A program made the translations under genes and the position numbers. A stretch of 64,000 bases of DNA, taken from Orbicella franksi (taxonomy: Eukaryota). Positions 61,462 to 64,000 of this stretch are shown one piece after another (positions within the stretch are counted from its first letter, which is position 1; each line of letters begins with the position of its first letter). The notes below the pieces were generated by a model. The model made no database searches. It was not told where the DNA came from and was given only the letters and a program-made list of their open reading frames with translations. The stretch is taken from assembly GCA_964199315.1 (NCBI GenBank), contig OZ116699.1, forward strand, positions 21,390,001 to 21,454,000. The letters are read 5' to 3'.

Positions 61462-64000
61462 CATGTAAATATTTATATTGCTCATCAGTTTGTTAAAATG
61501 TTGCTCTCAGTCTGTGTTTCAAATGGATATGTTTCAGTACGTCGATGCTCCGATGGTAGTAACCAAACCATTTTCATTTAGCCGGTTAACCGCAAAGAGA
61601 AATCATATGTCATAATAAAAGCTTTACCTATATTCCACTAAAAACTGGTACCTTTCAACAGTTCGAAGAGCTGCAAGAGGCTTAAGAATATCAGCAGTTC
61701 TTGAGGACGACTTCACAACTGATCAGCGAGCATACTGAAATTGAGAGCTATGTTCCGTTGTGGCACAAACGGCGGCATAAACGAGTAGTTCAAGAGAAAA
61801 TAATAAAAGTACTTTCTCTTGGTAGACTGCAGTTCCATAATGATTTGGGATCTTTCCATTTTATGGTAAATCACTGATATCACATGAAGATTTAGCAAGA
61901 GTATTTCCGAAAAAAAAAAGATGCCATGCGTTCGCTCACGTGTTTCATTCAACCAACATGAACGCGATGCCCGCGCCACAAGCCCACAATACAGGCAAAC
62001 TTTCCCGCCATTTTTTCTCTTTTTATTTATTCAGAACTTTATAGACCTATATAGGTCTACGTGCTACATAATGAAAATACAGTAAGGAGCGCTGGATTTA
62101 TAATTAATAACAAACGTTGAAATAATGAATAAAATCGGGAAATTGATCCTTGCGGCAGGGAATGACGTCAAAAAATTAAATAAATACAATTGCAATTTTT
62201 TTTTGAAGCTCACAGTTTTTTTGTTTTTTTTTTCTATTTGCGTTTAGTCTTCATCTTCTCTCCCTGCCGTAGGGAACAATTTCCAGTTTTATTTTACTTC
62301 AGTTTTGAGTCTGATCGACCTCAACATGCAACACGTACCTCTTTACTCTCGGGGTCTCCTTGGGGCCGGCATTTAGCGTTGTGTGACGACCCCGAAGAGT
62401 CTCCACTAGCCCCTCCCTTGAAAGAAGCCAACTGCGTCAGCCTCGATCTCAAACAGGTAATGGCGTGGGTATCCTTCCTCTCAAGTTTCGACACAGAGGA
62501 CACAGAGTGTTTTAGCGACTTGAGACGACCTGAGCTTGAACATCCGGTCACAAACATGCTGTAAAGGTGAGTTCCTTAGTAATATAGTGTTATACTTAGA
62601 CACTGTATCGGTAAACTGGGTTCAGTTTTTCCTGAAAACGTATTCAGGTGCAGTTTGGGAGAGCTATGTGTGTTGGTATTCACCCACTCGAACAATCAAC
62701 AAGGAAAATCGATACCCAGAAAATCGGTCGTGGATAGTTTTAGTTAGTATGTAAAATGGTAATCTTAAGTGAATCAAGAATTCAAAGAAACTTATTCGAG
62801 CCGCTTTTTTCTCCTACTTGTTTGCGGTATCGACTGTCTCATAATTTATCTGTCAGGAAATGGTGTCCATAGCTATGCATGTACGTGACTACAACACTTG
62901 TGTGAGTTCATTCGGCTAACGTCATTGCAATCTTTTGTCCTTTTATGAGGCTTGCTGGTGCAGTCTTAACTAAATTGAAAGAGTTTCTTTGACGTATCAG
63001 GAATCTGCAGATTCCACCTAGGTTTTGACACTATCTTGTCCATGTTAACCAAAATTCTGACTTTCATATTTGACCTTTCTTTAGATTTGTTGCTTGTTCG
63101 CATTTTTAAAATATGTAGGACTTCTCCACCATCTTTTCTCTCTCACTTCATTTCGAATAGAGCCGTAGTATTCTTAGTAAGATTACATTTGTAATTTAGT
63201 GCTCCAAATAGGTCAGATATTTTAATGTCAGCAGTAACTTTGAATTTGTTTCAAAATAAGCATGTATCAAATTATAATTGTATAGAGGAGAAACAGCCGT
63301 ATGTTTTGGAATGAAATCTGTCTTACATTTTCGGAGGGGAAATATGTCCATGCTTTTCACCACCTTGTAACAAATTGAATCTCAGATCAGTGCAAAGTGC
63401 ATTTTATTAATTTTTTGCTGTAATTTATTTATTTATTTATTATGATCCATACTTTTGATTGGAGGGTCAGGTGCTTTGCATGTGGCTCTGGAAACATGTT
63501 ACTGACTTTACATTATGTTTTTTCTTAATTTGATGAAGGGAATTGAAATAGCCACTTAATATTTACATTACTTGATGTAAAGACTTCAGTGAGAATTTGA
63601 AAGCACTTCAAAGTCACGTTTATGTTTGTTTTCAGTGAAAAATTTTAATAAAGTTTTTGACTGAATTTTCTGCTACTGCTCAGTGAGAGTAGATTTTTTT
63701 GATAACAGTGAGAGAACAGACCTTATATGATTTATTTTCATTAGTCTCAGAGTGCATCTTGTTTCCAGTTTACCAGATATGGCAGGTTTGAAACTTCTGC
63801 TCTCCAGTCTTGGAATAATTTACTTTGCGCTTTGCAAAATCAGCATAAACAAATTAAATCAATGTTATCAACCACTGATTCACTAAATTCGTAAACAGGT
63901 TCAGTCATATTAAGGAAGGTCACAATAGTTTATAGGGGAAATTTGTTGTGTAGGTGTGAAATAAAGATAGTACATACAGTATTCATTCAAGAGGTGGCAT

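Overview
AT-rich animal genomic DNA with spliceosomal introns. The repeat families and gene types suggest a cnidarian, probably a stony coral (inference). (1) 5.2-16.5 kb, minus strand: a cluster of single-coding-exon class A GPCRs. Two are intact, one is a 5' fragment duplicate that lost its ATG, and one is a pseudogene cut inside its NPxxY motif by a 5.2-kb Sola3-like long-TIR transposon that itself carries a nested TTA-targeting element with two head-to-head ORFs. (2) 19.9-59.5 kb, plus strand: a tandem array of seven two-pore-domain (K2P/KCNK, TASK-like gene structure) potassium channel genes plus two relic exon-1 fragments. Each has a 289-nt first coding exon and a phase-1 intron splitting the first Gly of GYG. 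Six are intact and the seventh has one nonsense codon. The ORF track shows them only as unspliced pieces. These channels share non-canonical features: polar residues in pore helix 1, Y/W/N after GYG, a Cys/Tyr dimorphism in the cap, a long P2-M4 loop with a conserved N-glycosylation sequon, and a C-x3-C-x2-C motif after M4. Also present: an orphan RPS26 exon, an Academ transposase relic with its own intron, Kolobok- and AcademH-like non-autonomous elements, tRNA-derived SINEs, and long hairpin elements with dissimilar arms that share a covarying CTGCG loop. All calls were made by eye; no database searches were run.
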